Source: an uncultured Actinomycetota bacterium (GTDB taxonomy: Bacteria; Actinomycetota; Actinomycetes; Actinomycetales; Microbacteriaceae). Taken from it: 64,000 nucleotides of DNA. The notes beneath the pieces are model-generated. The model ran no database searches and was not told the DNA's origin. It saw only the letters and a list, made by a program, of their open reading frames with translations. The DNA lies in assembly GCA_963772395.1 (NCBI GenBank), contig CAVYWV010000002.1, positions 1,342,845 through 1,406,844 of the forward strand. The letters are read 5' to 3'. Below are positions 11,974 to 21,827 of this stretch, one piece after another. The translations under genes and the position numbers were made by a program. Numbering within the stretch: the stretch's first letter is position 1; each line of letters begins with the position of its first letter.

Positions 11974-12628
11974 CCACGATCCTGCTCATCGAAGACGAGC
12001 CGCGGATCGCCGCGTTCGTCAGCCGCGGTCTCGAATCCGCCGGGTACACGCACCGTCATCGTCGACGACGGTGCTGAGGGACTGGCTCGCGCGCTCGTCG
12101 ACGACATCGACCTCGTGCTGCTCGATGTCGGGCTGCCGACGATCGACGGCTTCGAAGTGCTCCGTCGACTCCGGGCGCACGGCTCGGCGGTGCCCGTCAT
12201 CATGCTGACGGCGCGCTCCAGCACGCGCGACACGGTCGAGGGGCTGGATGCCGGTGCCAATGACTACGTGTCGAAGCCCTTCACGTTCGACGAGCTCCTG
12301 GCACGCGTGCGCTCGCGCCTGCGCGAGAGCAGCGCGCCCAGCGGCAGTCTCGGTCGCGCACGGCGACGTCGTGCTCGACATCCTGGCGCGTCGCGCGACC
12401 GTGGACGGGCGGGAGGTCGAGCTGTCCGCGCGCGAGTTCGCTCTGGCCGAGCAGTTCCTGCGCAGTCCCGGCCGCGTGCTGAGCCGAGAGCAGCTGCTCA
12501 GCCGCGTGTGGGGAATGGACTTCGACCCGGGCTCGAACGTCGTCGACGTCTACGTCCGCTACCTGCGCGGCAAGCTCGGCGTTCACCACATCGTCACCGT
12601 CCGGGGCGCCGGCTACCGCTGGGAGTGA
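11970..12628 (+). CDS. OmpR-family response regulator (frameshifts near 12050 and 12345)
   Basis: ILLIEDE, LLDVGLP, MLTAR, DYVSKPF, NVVDVYVRYLRGKL, TVRGAGYR. Confidence 0.92.
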
Positions 12629-12651
12629 GCGCTCCGCCCGTCTGACCGCGC

Positions 12652-12722
12652 GAAGAAGCCCCCGGTGTCGGGGGAACACCGGGGGCTGGGAGAGGCCGGA
12701 CTTGGGGGATGCCGGCCACGGC
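12652..12722 (-). ncRNA. 6C-like small RNA (tandem hairpins with C-rich loops)
   Basis: Minus strand GGCCGG-CAUCCCCCAAGU-CCGGCC then AGCCCCCGGUGU-UCCCCCG-ACACCGGGGGCU-UCUUC; same architecture as actinobacterial 6C RNA. Confidence 0.55.
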
Positions 12723-12729
12723 AATCGCG

Positions 12730-13348
12730 TCAGCCTGGGGGGACGCGCGATTGCTCTCTCTTCGATCCGGACGTCGAACCAGATAGGTCGCGTCCGGACG
12801 GTGTGCCCGCGTGAGCGGGAGGTCGGGGGTCGGCGCGGGTGCCCGCACCGGAGTCGTTCGAGGTGAGCTGGTCGGAGCCGGTGTTGCTTGCGGACCTCCT
12901 CGGCGACCTTGGATTCGAGACGCGCGATCAACGCGTCGACGCGGGCGGTGCGACCAGCCCCGCTCCTCGGCCCAGGCGTACGCAGCTTGCCAGGAACCGG
13001 ATTCCTGCGACCTCGGTGACGAACTGATCCTCTGTCGCAGCCGAAGGCTCGCCCGTCTGCGTCTGGACGATCTGAGGCGATGCGACCTCCTCCGGCTCGG
13101 GAGCCGGCACGGTCTCGGGCTGGTCGGAGGGAGTCTGCGGGGCGGCGGCCTGCGTGGACGGTTCGGGGGTTGCAGACGTTGCTGCGGAGGGCGCGGAGGC
13201 GGGGACGATCACCGATTCGGCACCGGCAGGTGTGCCCGCCGAATCGGCCAGCGCGAGCCGAGGTCGTCATCGCGACGGCGCAGACGACGGCGACACTCGC
13301 CGCGAAGGTGGCCATGCCACCGAGCGCCAGACGCGTTCGACCCTCCAC
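12730..13348 (-). CDS. Hypothetical exported Ala/Pro-rich protein (several frameshifts)
   Basis: GGAGGA RBS, GTG 13348, signal/TM RTRLALGGMATFAASVAVVCAVAMTTSA, low-complexity body, end SKREQSRVPPG*. Confidence 0.6.
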
Positions 13349-13425
13349 GCGATTCCTCCGGTTCCGGGCACGAAGAATGCACCTCCACCATCGTGACAGA
13401 CCTGGCACCGGGGGGAGGGAGGATG

Positions 13426-13447
13426 CGCATGAGACTCTTCTCATGCG
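13426..13447. promoter_or_regulatory. Perfect palindromic operator candidate
   Basis: CGCATGAGA-ctct-TCTCATGCG upstream of the 13348 gene. Confidence 0.45.
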
Positions 13448-13478
13448 GAAGGGCCGGGATGCGGCATCCCGGCCCTTC
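13448..13478 (-). terminator. Strong hairpin downstream of phoH2
   Basis: GAAGGGCCGGGATGC-g-GCATCCCGGCCCTTC, 15-bp inverted repeat. Confidence 0.65.
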
Positions 13479-13504
13479 GGCATGTGATCACACGGATGCG
13501 TCGC

Positions 13505-14859
13505 TCAGGCGAGCTCTCCGGCCTCGAGCAGATCGGTCACGAGCGCGGCGATCGCGGACCGCTCCGAGCGGACGAGCGTCACGTGGCCGAACAGGTCGTG
13601 GCCCTTCAGCGTCTCGATCACCGACGCGACACCGTCGTGACGACCCACCCGCAGGTTGTCGCGCTGACCCACGTCGTGCGTGAGCACGACGCGCGAGTTC
13701 TGACCCATGCGGCTGAGCACCGTCAGCAGCACGTTGCGCTCGAGCGACTGCGCTTCGTCGACGATCACGAACGCGTCGTGCAGCGACCGGCCGCGGATGT
13801 GCGTCAGCGGCATCACTTCGAGCAGTCCCCGTGCGATCACCTCTTCGACGACGTTGCCGGTGACGACCGAGCCCAGGGTGTCGAAGACCGCCTGACCCCA
13901 GGGATTCATCTTCTCCCCCTGGTCGCCGGGCAGGTAGCCGAGCTCCTGGCCGCCGACGGCGTACAGCGGCCGGAACACGATGATCTTCCTCTGCTGCTGG
14001 CGCTCGAGCACCGACTCCAGGCCCGCGCACAGCGCCAGCGCCGACTTGCCCGTCCCCGCGCGGCCGCCGAGCGAGACGATCCCGACGTCGGGGTCGAGCA
14101 GCAGATCGATCGCGATCCGCTGTTCCGCGGAGCGGCCGTGCAGCCCGAAGACCTCCCGGTCGCCGCGCACCAGCCGGTACTCGCCGTCGCCGGTCACCCG
14201 GCCGAGCGCCGACCCGCGCTCGGAGTGGATGATCAGACCCGTGTTGACCGGAAGCCCGCGCACCTCGTCGCCGGTGGCGATCTCGGTCTCGTAGAGATCG
14301 CTGATGTCGTCGCCGGACACGTCGATGGTCGCGATGCCGGTCCACCCGGAGTCGACGGCCTGCTCGGCGAGGTACTCCTCCGCGGTGATGCCGAGCGACG
14401 CCGCCTTCACGCGCATCGGCAGGTCCTTGGAGACGATCGTGACCTCCTGACCGTCCTGGGCGAGGTGCATCGCGACGGCCAGGATCCGGCTGTCGTTGTC
14501 ACCGAGGCGCATGCCCGAAGGCAGCACGCTTGCATCGGTGTTGTTCAGCTCGACGCGCAGCGTGCCGCCCTCGCCGACCGGAACGGGGAAGTCGAGCCTG
14601 CCGTGCTCGATGCGGAGTTCGTCGAGATGACGAAGGGCCTGCCGGGCGAAGTAGCCGATCTCGGGATCGTGGCGTTTCCCCTCGAGCTCGGTGATCACCA
14701 CGACGGGGATCACGACGTTGTGCTCGGCGAAGCGGAAGAACGCCCGCGGATCGCTCAGCAGCACGGAGGTGTCGAGGACGTACGTGCACAGTTCTTGCGA
14801 CTGCTCGCGACCTCGTCGATGTCCTGACGGTGCTGCTGCTGTGGTGCTCGTGTGGTCAC
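13505..14859 (-). CDS. phoH2: PIN-PhoH domain protein (PhoH2), probable N-terminal frameshift near 14800
   Basis: [26 protein letters not shown]; P-loop GRAGTGKS; [19 protein letters not shown]. Confidence 0.92.
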
Positions 14860-15052
14860 AACCCACTCCCGACCCGGGTGGAACACCCGGCAGTCACGAG
14901 TCGACCATGGGGTCACGAGTCGCGATCCAGAAGGCCGACCCGACCGGGCACTTTGCCCGATGACTTGACGCTACGACTGCCGCACGTCGGTCACGTTACC
15001 GACACGCTGGCGGATGTTACGGGCGGGTGAATTCCTGGAAGACGAGCGGGCG

Positions 15053-16180
15053 TCACCACACGCGGGCGGACGAGAACGCCGCAAGCGCGTCGCCGAACAG
15101 TCGCAGCGTGTTGGCGCCGGTTCCGACGTGCGGGGCGACCCGCACCAACCCGGAGCGCACGGTGACGGTGATCCCGTGGTTGGCGAGCGAAGCCGCGAGC
15201 GGCCCGACATCCTGCGGCGCCGGCGCGAGGGTGACGATGCCGGCACGGCGCTCCGGCTCCCGCGGAGTCAGGACCGGCACCTCGTAGCGGTCGGCGAAGA
15301 AGATCACGTCCCGCGCGCGCTCCGACAGCGCCTCGTCGATCTGCTCGATGCCGACATCGCGCACATCGCGCAGGGCCGTGGCCAGTCGCGCGACCGCCAG
15401 GATGTCGGGCTGGCTGACCGAGAACGCCTGGGCTGACGCCGCGGGCGGCGGGACGACATCCACCGGAAGGTCGCCGTCGGTTCCCGCCCACCCGGACAGC
15501 ACGGGCGCGATGCGCTCGAGCGCACGATCGCTGAACCGCGCGAACCCGGTCCCCCGGCCCGCTCGCAGCCACTTGTACCCGTTTGCGCATACGACGTCGG
15601 CAGCCGCGTAGTCGGCTGCCACGGCGCCGAAGCCCTGCATCGCGTCGACGATCAGCAGACGGTCGCCGATCACCTCTCGCAGTGCCGTCAGGTCGGCCCG
15701 GAAGCCGGTGCGGAAGTCGACGAGACTCACCGCGAGGGCGCGTGTGTCATCGGTGATCGCCGCGCGCACGAGGTCGGGCGTCACGAATCCGTCCGGCGGC
15801 TCGAGCCACTGCAGGTCGATCGACCCGAGCGCGTCGGCGGCGCGGGTCGCGGTGACGGTGAGGCTCGGAAACTCGGCCCGCGAGAGCATGAGCCCGCCGG
15901 CCAGACCGTAGAGGGCCTGCATGAGTCCGTGCGTGGTCGAGGGCTGCAGCACCACCTGGTCCACCTCGGCGTCGAGCAGCTCCGCGAGCAGTTCACGTGC
16001 GTCAAGGACGTGCTCGCCGACCAGGTCGATGCCGGTCCGCCGGCCCGACCCGAGCAGTTCGGCGTCGGCGTGCACCTCGCTGCGCACGGCCGGCGAGAGC
16101 GGCCCGAAAGCCGCCCAGTCCAGGTATCCCGGTTCGCCGTCGAAGGATGCCAGAAATGAGTCCAGGTCCATCACCGTCAC
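15053..16180 (-). CDS. Class V aminotransferase / cysteine desulfurase-like PLP enzyme
   Basis: YLDWAAFGP, EFPS, VDAMQGFG, GYKWL. Confidence 0.88.
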   Translation of the reverse strand: MTVMDLDSFLASFDGEPGYLDWAAFGPLSPAVRSEVHADAELLGSGRRTGIDLVGEHVLDARELLAELLDAEVDQVVLQPSTTHGLMQALYGLAGGLMLSRAEFPSLTVTATRAADALGSIDLQWLEPPDGFVTPDLVRAAITDDTRALAVSLVDFRTGFRADLTALREVIGDRLLIVDAMQGFGAVAADYAAADVVCANGYKWLRAGRGTGFARFSDRALERIAPVLSGWAGTDGDLPVDVVPPPAASAQAFSVSQPDILAVARLATALRDVRDVGIEQIDEALSERARDVIFFADRYEVPVLTPREPERRAGIVTLAPAPQDVGPLAASLANHGITVTVRSGLVRVAPHVGTGANTLRLFGDALAAFSSARVW

Positions 16181-16240
16181 ATTCTGGCACGGTGTCGACC
16201 GGAGAGGGGTGGGATGCCGGGGGCGGCAGAGTGCCGAGAA

Positions 16241-17022
16241 TCAGCTGCCGTAGCGACGGTCGCGCGTCGTGTAGTCGCGGATCGCGCGGAGGAAGTCCAC
16301 CTCGCGCAGGTCGGGTCCGAGCGCCTCGACGAAGTAGAACTCGCTGTGCGCCGACTGCCAGAGCAGGAAGTCGCTCAGCCGCTGCTCGCCCGAGGTGCGG
16401 ATCACGAGATCGGGATCGGGCTGACCGCCGGTGTAGAGGTGCTCGCCGATCTGCTCCGGGGTGAGGCTCGCGGCGAGCTCCTCGAGCGACCCGCCCTCTT
16501 CGTCGTGCTTGGCGATGATGCTGCGCACCGCGTCGACGATCTCGCCGCGCCCGCCGTAGCCGACGGCGAGATTGACGTGCAGACCGGTGTGACCCTTGGT
16601 GCGCCGCTCGGCGTCGGCCAGCACGCGCGCGAGGTCGGGCGGCAGCAGATGCGCCCGGCCCATGTGGTGGACGCGCCAGTCCCGCTCGTGCGAGAGCTCG
16701 TCGGCGAGCTCGGCGATGATCTCGATGAGATCGGCGAGCTCCTGCGAGTCCCGCTTGACGCAGATTGTCGTTCGAGAGCAGGTAGAGCGAGACGACCTTG
16801 ACGCCGACGTCGTCGCACCACTCCAGGAATTCGCGCATCTTGGCTGCGCCGGCGCGGTGCCCGTGCGCTGCGGACTCGTAGCCGAGCTGGCGTGCCCATC
16901 GACGGTTGCCGTCGATCATCATCGCGACGTGATGCGGGACGGCGGATCGGCTCCAGCTGGCGGCGCAGGCGATTGATGTAGAGCCGGTAAAGAGGGCCCC
17001 TGCCTCCGCTCGACGCACTCAC
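16241..17022 (-). CDS. uppS: cis-isoprenyl diphosphate synthase (Rv1086-like; frameshifts near 16945 and 16760)
   Basis: PHHVAMMIDGNRRWA, GH.AG, LSNDNL, YGGRGEI, DPDLVIRTSGEQRLSDFLLWQ. Confidence 0.92.
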
Positions 17023-17126
17023 ACGCCTACGCTACCGTCGCGCCGCCGCCCGCGTGCCACCTGCGGCATACAGCGACGCGTAGGCTCGGGGAGTGGCCCG
17101 CAGATCGAGTTCCGACGCGAGAGCGG

Positions 17127-17864
17127 ATGACTCTGCGGACGAGGGTGCGGACCTGCCCCAGCTTCCGCTCCTCGAGGAGGCCGAAGTACGACGCACACGT
17201 CGAGATCAAGCCCGACCTGGCGCGGCTGGCTGCATGCCGGCACCTTCCCCGTGGCGATCGGCGCCGGCATCGTGCTGATCGTCGCTCGCGCAGGGCGGCG
17301 CCTGCGAAGTGGGCCTCGCGCGGTCTTCATGGCGACCTCGATGCTCCTGTTCGGCGCGTCTGCGCGTCTACCACCGCTTCGACTGGGGCCCGAAGGCCAA
17401 GGCGGTGCTCAAGCGCATCGACCACGCGAACATCTTCCTGCTGATCGCCGGCACGTACACGCCGATCGCCGTGCTCGCTCTGCCGCCCGAGAAGGGCGAT
17501 CTGCTGCTGTCGCTCGTGTGGACCGGAGCGCTCATCGGCATCCTGTTCCGCGTCTTCTGGATCGGCGCACCACGCTGGCTGTACGTCGCGCTGTACCTCG
17601 TGCTCGGCTGGGCTGCGGTCATGTACATGGTCGACCTGTTCCAGGCGAACGCAGCGATGATGATCCTCGTGATCGTCGGCGGCGTGCTCTACACGCTCGG
17701 CGCCGTCGTCTACGCGATGAAGCGCCCGAACCCGTGGCCCGGGACACTTCGGCTTCCACGAGATCTTCCACGTGTGCACGGTGCTGGCATTCCTCTGCCA
17801 TTGGACCGCGTGCCTGCTGATCGCACTGCACCCGCTGTCGCCGTCGCTCGGCGTCCCGGCCTGA
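17127..17864 (+). CDS. trhA: Hemolysin III / PAQR family membrane protein (several frameshifts)
   Basis: KPTWRGWLH, RIDHANIFLLIAGTYTP, LGW, GGVLYTLGA, FGFHEIFH. Confidence 0.9.
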
Positions 17865-17868
17865 CGCG

Positions 17869-18158
17869 TCAGCGCGACGGGTTCTCGTCGCGCTCGATGT
17901 CCTGATCGTCGACCTCGGTCGCCTCGACGGCGGCTGCCGCCTGCTCTCGGCTCGGAGTTCTTCGTTGATGTCGGCGCGCACGCGACCACGGCGGATGCGG
18001 CGCATCATGTCCCAGACGAGGGCGACGACCGCGACCGCGAGCAGAGCGATGACGACGAAGCCCGCCGGCCCGGGCGTGACCAGTGTGGGGTCGACCGTCT
18101 GCTCGGGCGTCGGCGTCGCGGTGGCGGCGTGCGCGAGTGCGGCGATCGCGTCGTGCAT
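17869..18158 (-). CDS. Small single-TM conserved protein (frameshift near 17955)
   Basis: DPTLVTPGPAGFVVIALLAVAVVALVWDMMRRIRR; GAGGA RBS. Confidence 0.7.
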
Positions 18159-18258
18159 GGGGTGTCCTCGTTCCGCGCGCGAGCGCATAGCCTGGATACT
18201 CCAGCCTAATCTTCCCCCGATCTGCGAGCCGCCGCGCAGCCTTCTCCGACAGGCCCCG

Positions 18259-18651
18259 ATGACCACACAGGACATGCTCGATGAGCGATACGGCCGCGCG
18301 AGCTCTCCGCGCCGACGCTGGACGATCGGAATCATCGCCGCGATCGCGGTCATCGTGATCGGCCTGTTCGCGTGGATGACGGTGGCGAGCACTCTCGACG
18401 ACGTCAACGTCGACACGACGGGCTTCACCGTCGACGACGCGCGCACCGTCACCCTCGCGTTCCAGATCACGGCACCCGAAGGGCGCACCGTCGCGTGCAT
18501 CCTCGAAGCTCAGGACGAGGAGCACGGCATCGTGGGCTGGAAGGTCGTGGAATTGCCCGCATCCGACCTGCACGCACGCGCGTTCCGCGAGTCGATCCCG
18601 ACCACCGCGGAGGCGACGACAGGTTTGGTCAACGACTGCTGGGTGACGTAG
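18259..18651 (+). CDS. DUF4307 family protein
   Basis: LDERYGR, TM, C..EA.DE.HGIVG, GLVNDCW; directly upstream of greA. Confidence 0.85.
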   Translation: MTTQDMLDERYGRASSPRRRWTIGIIAAIAVIVIGLFAWMTVASTLDDVNVDTTGFTVDDARTVTLAFQITAPEGRTVACILEAQDEEHGIVGWKVVELPASDLHARAFRESIPTTAEATTGLVNDCWVT

Positions 18652-18762
18652 TCTGACCTGACACAGTCGACTGACGCCCTGGCCGGAGCCGGGGCGTTTT
18701 GGCATCCGAGCCCGCTCGGGCCTGTGAATGAAAACGCCCTCGCCGCGACCGAAGGAGACCTT

Positions 18763-19255
18763 GTGACAGGCGATGCCCCGGTGACGTTCCTGACGCAGGA
18801 CGCGTACGACCGCCTCGCTGCCGAGCTCGAACGGCTCTCGACGACCGGCCGTGAAGAGATCGCGAAGCGCATCGAGTCCGCGCGCGAAGAAGGCGACCTC
18901 AAGGAGAACGGCGGCTATCACGCCGCGAAGGACGAGCAGGGCAAGCAGGAGGCCCGCATCCGCACTCTGCAGCATCTCCTGAAGAACGCGACCGTGAGCG
19001 AAGCGCCGGAGAGCACGGGCGTGGTCGGAGCCGGGGACGGTGGTCACGGCGATCGTCGCCGGTGGCGAGGAGATCTTCCTGCTGGGCAATCGCGAGATCG
19101 CGGTGGACTCCGAGCTCGACGTCTACAGTGAGGCCTCACCCCTCGGCGCGGCGATCCTCGGGCTCAAAGAAGGCGAGAAGACCACGTACACGGCACCCAA
19201 CGGACGCGAGATCGCGGTCGAGGTCGTGAAGGTCGAGACCTACTCGGGTCAGTGA
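18763..19255 (+). CDS. greA: Transcription elongation factor GreA (frameshift near 19030)
   Basis: [38 protein letters not shown]. Confidence 0.95.
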
Positions 19256-19286
19256 CGCGACCGGTCGCCCGAGGCGGGCGGTCGGA

Positions 19287-20513
19287 TCAGTCCGGGACGA
19301 CGGTGGGCGCGAAGCCCGCTTCGCCGAGGATCCCGATCACGTGCGCCCGGTGCTCCTCACCGCGCGTCTCGACGCTCAGCTGAAGGATCACCTCGCTGAT
19401 CTGCAGACCCTGGCCGTGCCGCGTGTGCATGACCTCGATGACGTTCGCGCCGGCCTGGGCGAGAAGCTCCGACACCCGGGCGAGCTGACCCGGGCGATCC
19501 GGGAGCGGAATGCGCAGAGTCATGTACCGGCCGGATGCCGCGAGCCCGTGCGAGACGACGCGCTGCAGCAGCAGCGGGTCGATGTTCCCGCCGGACAGCA
19601 CTGAGACGGTCGGACCAGTGCCCGTCACCTTGCCGGCGAGGATCGCGGCCACACCCACCGCGCCGGCAGGCTCCACGACCTGTTTGGCCCGCTCCAGGAG
19701 CATCAGCAGGGCGCGGGCGATGTCGTCATCGCTCACCGTGACGACCTCATCGACGAGGTGGCTGATGATCTCGAAGGGGATGTCGCCCGGACGGGCGACG
19801 GCGATGCCGTCGGCGATCGTGGGTCGCGTCTCGACCACGAGCGGGTGACCCGCCGCGAGTGAGGACGGGTAGGCCGCAGAGTTCTCGGCCTGCACGCCGA
19901 CGACCCGCACAGTGCGGCCGACGGCAGCGGCCCGCGCCTTGACGGCCGCGGCGACACCCGCGATCAGACCACCGCCGCCGATGCCCAGCAGCACGGTGTC
20001 GAGATCGGGGACGGCGTCGAACAGCTCGAGGCCGAGCGTTCCCTGGCCCACGATGATGTCGCGGTGGTCGAAGGGGTGGATGAGCACTGCGCCGGTGCGC
20101 TCGGCGAACTCCGCGGCGAGGCGCAGCGGCGTCTCGACCGTCGCCCCCTCGAGGACGACGTCGGCCCCGTACCCCCGGGTCGCGAGCAGCTTGGGGACGG
20201 GCACACCCAACGGCATGAAGATCGTGGCCGGGATGCCGAGGGCCTGCGCCGCGAGGGCCACGCCCTGCGCGTGGTTGCCGGCCGATGCGGCCACGACGCC
20301 GCGTGATCGCTCTTCGTCGGTCAGCCGCGACAGCCGATAGGTCGCACCTCGGATCTTGAAGGAGCCGGTGCGCTGGAGGTTCTCCAGCTTCAGGTAGACG
20401 GGGACGCCGAGCAGCTCGGACAGATGCTGCGACTGGTCGATCGGTGTCCGCGTGATGACGCCGTCGAGGTAGGCGGCGGCATCCTCGAATTCCGCCAGCG
20501 TGGGGATGCTCAC
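19287..20513 (-). CDS. ilvA: Threonine ammonia-lyase with single ACT domain
   Basis: KLENLQRTGSFKIRGA, ASAGNHAQG, GGGGL, SGGNID, ACT DRPGQL. Confidence 0.95.
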   Translation of the reverse strand: MSIPTLAEFEDAAAYLDGVITRTPIDQSQHLSELLGVPVYLKLENLQRTGSFKIRGATYRLSRLTDEERSRGVVAASAGNHAQGVALAAQALGIPATIFMPLGVPVPKLLATRGYGADVVLEGATVETPLRLAAEFAERTGAVLIHPFDHRDIIVGQGTLGLELFDAVPDLDTVLLGIGGGGLIAGVAAAVKARAAAVGRTVRVVGVQAENSAAYPSSLAAGHPLVVETRPTIADGIAVARPGDIPFEIISHLVDEVVTVSDDDIARALLMLLERAKQVVEPAGAVGVAAILAGKVTGTGPTVSVLSGGNIDPLLLQRVVSHGLAASGRYMTLRIPLPDRPGQLARVSELLAQAGANVIEVMHTRHGQGLQISEVILQLSVETRGEEHRAHVIGILGEAGFAPTVVPD

Positions 20514-21706
20514 GAACGAACCCTCCTCGGGCGGGGAACCGTCGTCCAGATCAGGTCGTTGGACGGCGGCGGCGCCCCCGCCTCCCACGCACGATTGCCG
20601 ATGTAGACGACGACCACGTTGACGAACGCGGCCAGTGGCACGGCGAACAGCGCCCCGGGGATGCCGGCGATCATGGCGCCGCCGGCGACCACCAGCACGA
20701 CCGCGAGCGGGTGCACCTTCACGGCCGAGCCCATCAGGAGGGGCTGCAGCACGTGGCCCTCGATCTGCTGGACACCCAGGACGACCACCAGCATCCACAG
20801 GGCGATCCAGGGACCGTTGTAGACGAGGGCGAGGAAGACGGCGAGAGCACCCGTGAAGACCGCGCCGACGATCGGCACGAACGCACCCAGGAAGACCAGC
20901 ACGGCGACGGGGATCGCGAGCGGCACGCCGAGCAGGAACGCCCCCAGGCCGATGCCGATCGCGTCGATCGTCGCCACCATCAACTGCGTGCGCGCGTAGC
21001 TGACGACCATGACCCACCCGGCGCGAGCCGACCCGTCCACGGCCGGGCGCGCCTTGATCGGGAACAGCCGCGTCGTCCAACGCCAGATGCCTCCGCCGTC
21101 TGCGAGCAGGCACAGCAGGATGAACAGCGTGAGGAGCGCGCCCACGGCGACATGGCCCAGGGTTGTGCCGAGCGCGAGTGCACCCGACAGCAGCAGCTGC
21201 GCCTGCTCCTGCAGCAGGGTGAGCATCTGCGAGAGCAGGTCGTCGATCTGACCCTCGGTCAGGTGCAGCGGCCCGTCGATCAGGTACTGCCGGAACTGGT
21301 CGATCGCCTCGACGGTGCGGGCCTGAACGGACGACCACTGGCGGGTGACCTGCCAGACCACGAGCCAGATCAGACCGCCGACGATCGCCAGCGTGCCGAG
21401 GATCGAGATGGTGATCGCCGCCCATCGCGGGACGCGGTGGCGCACCATCCAGCTGAACACCGGCCACAGCAGGGCCGTCACCAGGATCGCGACCATGAGC
21501 GGGATCACGAGCAGCTTCAGCTGGATCACGACCCAGATCGCGACGCCGATCGCCGCGGCCACGACGAGGAACCGCCACGAGTACGCTGTTGCGAGCTTGA
21601 GGCCACGCGGAACGGATCCCGAGACGTCGGTCGACACGACACGACTGCGATCGCGGAGCGCATCCATGAACGAGCCTCTGGGCTTGTCGTCGGATCCGGT
21701 CATCAC
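20510..21706 (-). CDS. AI-2E (PerM) family transporter
   Basis: Multiple TM segments, FVPIVGA, QQIEGHVLQP, VHPLAV. Confidence 0.9.
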   Translation of the reverse strand: MMTGSDDKPRGSFMDALRDRSRVVSTDVSGSVPRGLKLATAYSWRFLVVAAAIGVAIWVVIQLKLLVIPLMVAILVTALLWPVFSWMVRHRVPRWAAITISILGTLAIVGGLIWLVVWQVTRQWSSVQARTVEAIDQFRQYLIDGPLHLTEGQIDDLLSQMLTLLQEQAQLLLSGALALGTTLGHVAVGALLTLFILLCLLADGGGIWRWTTRLFPIKARPAVDGSARAGWVMVVSYARTQLMVATIDAIGIGLGAFLLGVPLAIPVAVLVFLGAFVPIVGAVFTGALAVFLALVYNGPWIALWMLVVVLGVQQIEGHVLQPLLMGSAVKVHPLAVVLVVAGGAMIAGIPGALFAVPLAAFVNVVVVYIGNRAWEAGAPPPSNDLIWTTVPRPRRVRS

Positions 21707-21827
21707 GCCAGTTTAGAGGGGTGCGGGAGCAACTCAGCGGCGTGCGCCGCACCGCACCGCGACGCCTCGCTCATGGGTCGCCCTCGCCGCCGAGGGCGTG
21801 TCGGAGCACGCGGCTAGGCTGGCCGCC

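Noticed and set aside
13505-14859. Toxin-antitoxin or defence system from the PIN domain
   Set aside because: Standard core PhoH2 with no antitoxin gene adjacent
18674-18700. Hairpin with T-run upstream of greA as a novel sRNA
   Set aside because: Best explained as the DUF4307 terminator or a greA attenuator; no further evidence
19287-21752. 821-aa extended IlvA fusion in the ORF track
   Set aside because: The upstream part is an alternative frame of the AI-2E gene; ilvA starts at GTG 20513 with a GAGG RBS overlapping the AI-2E stop
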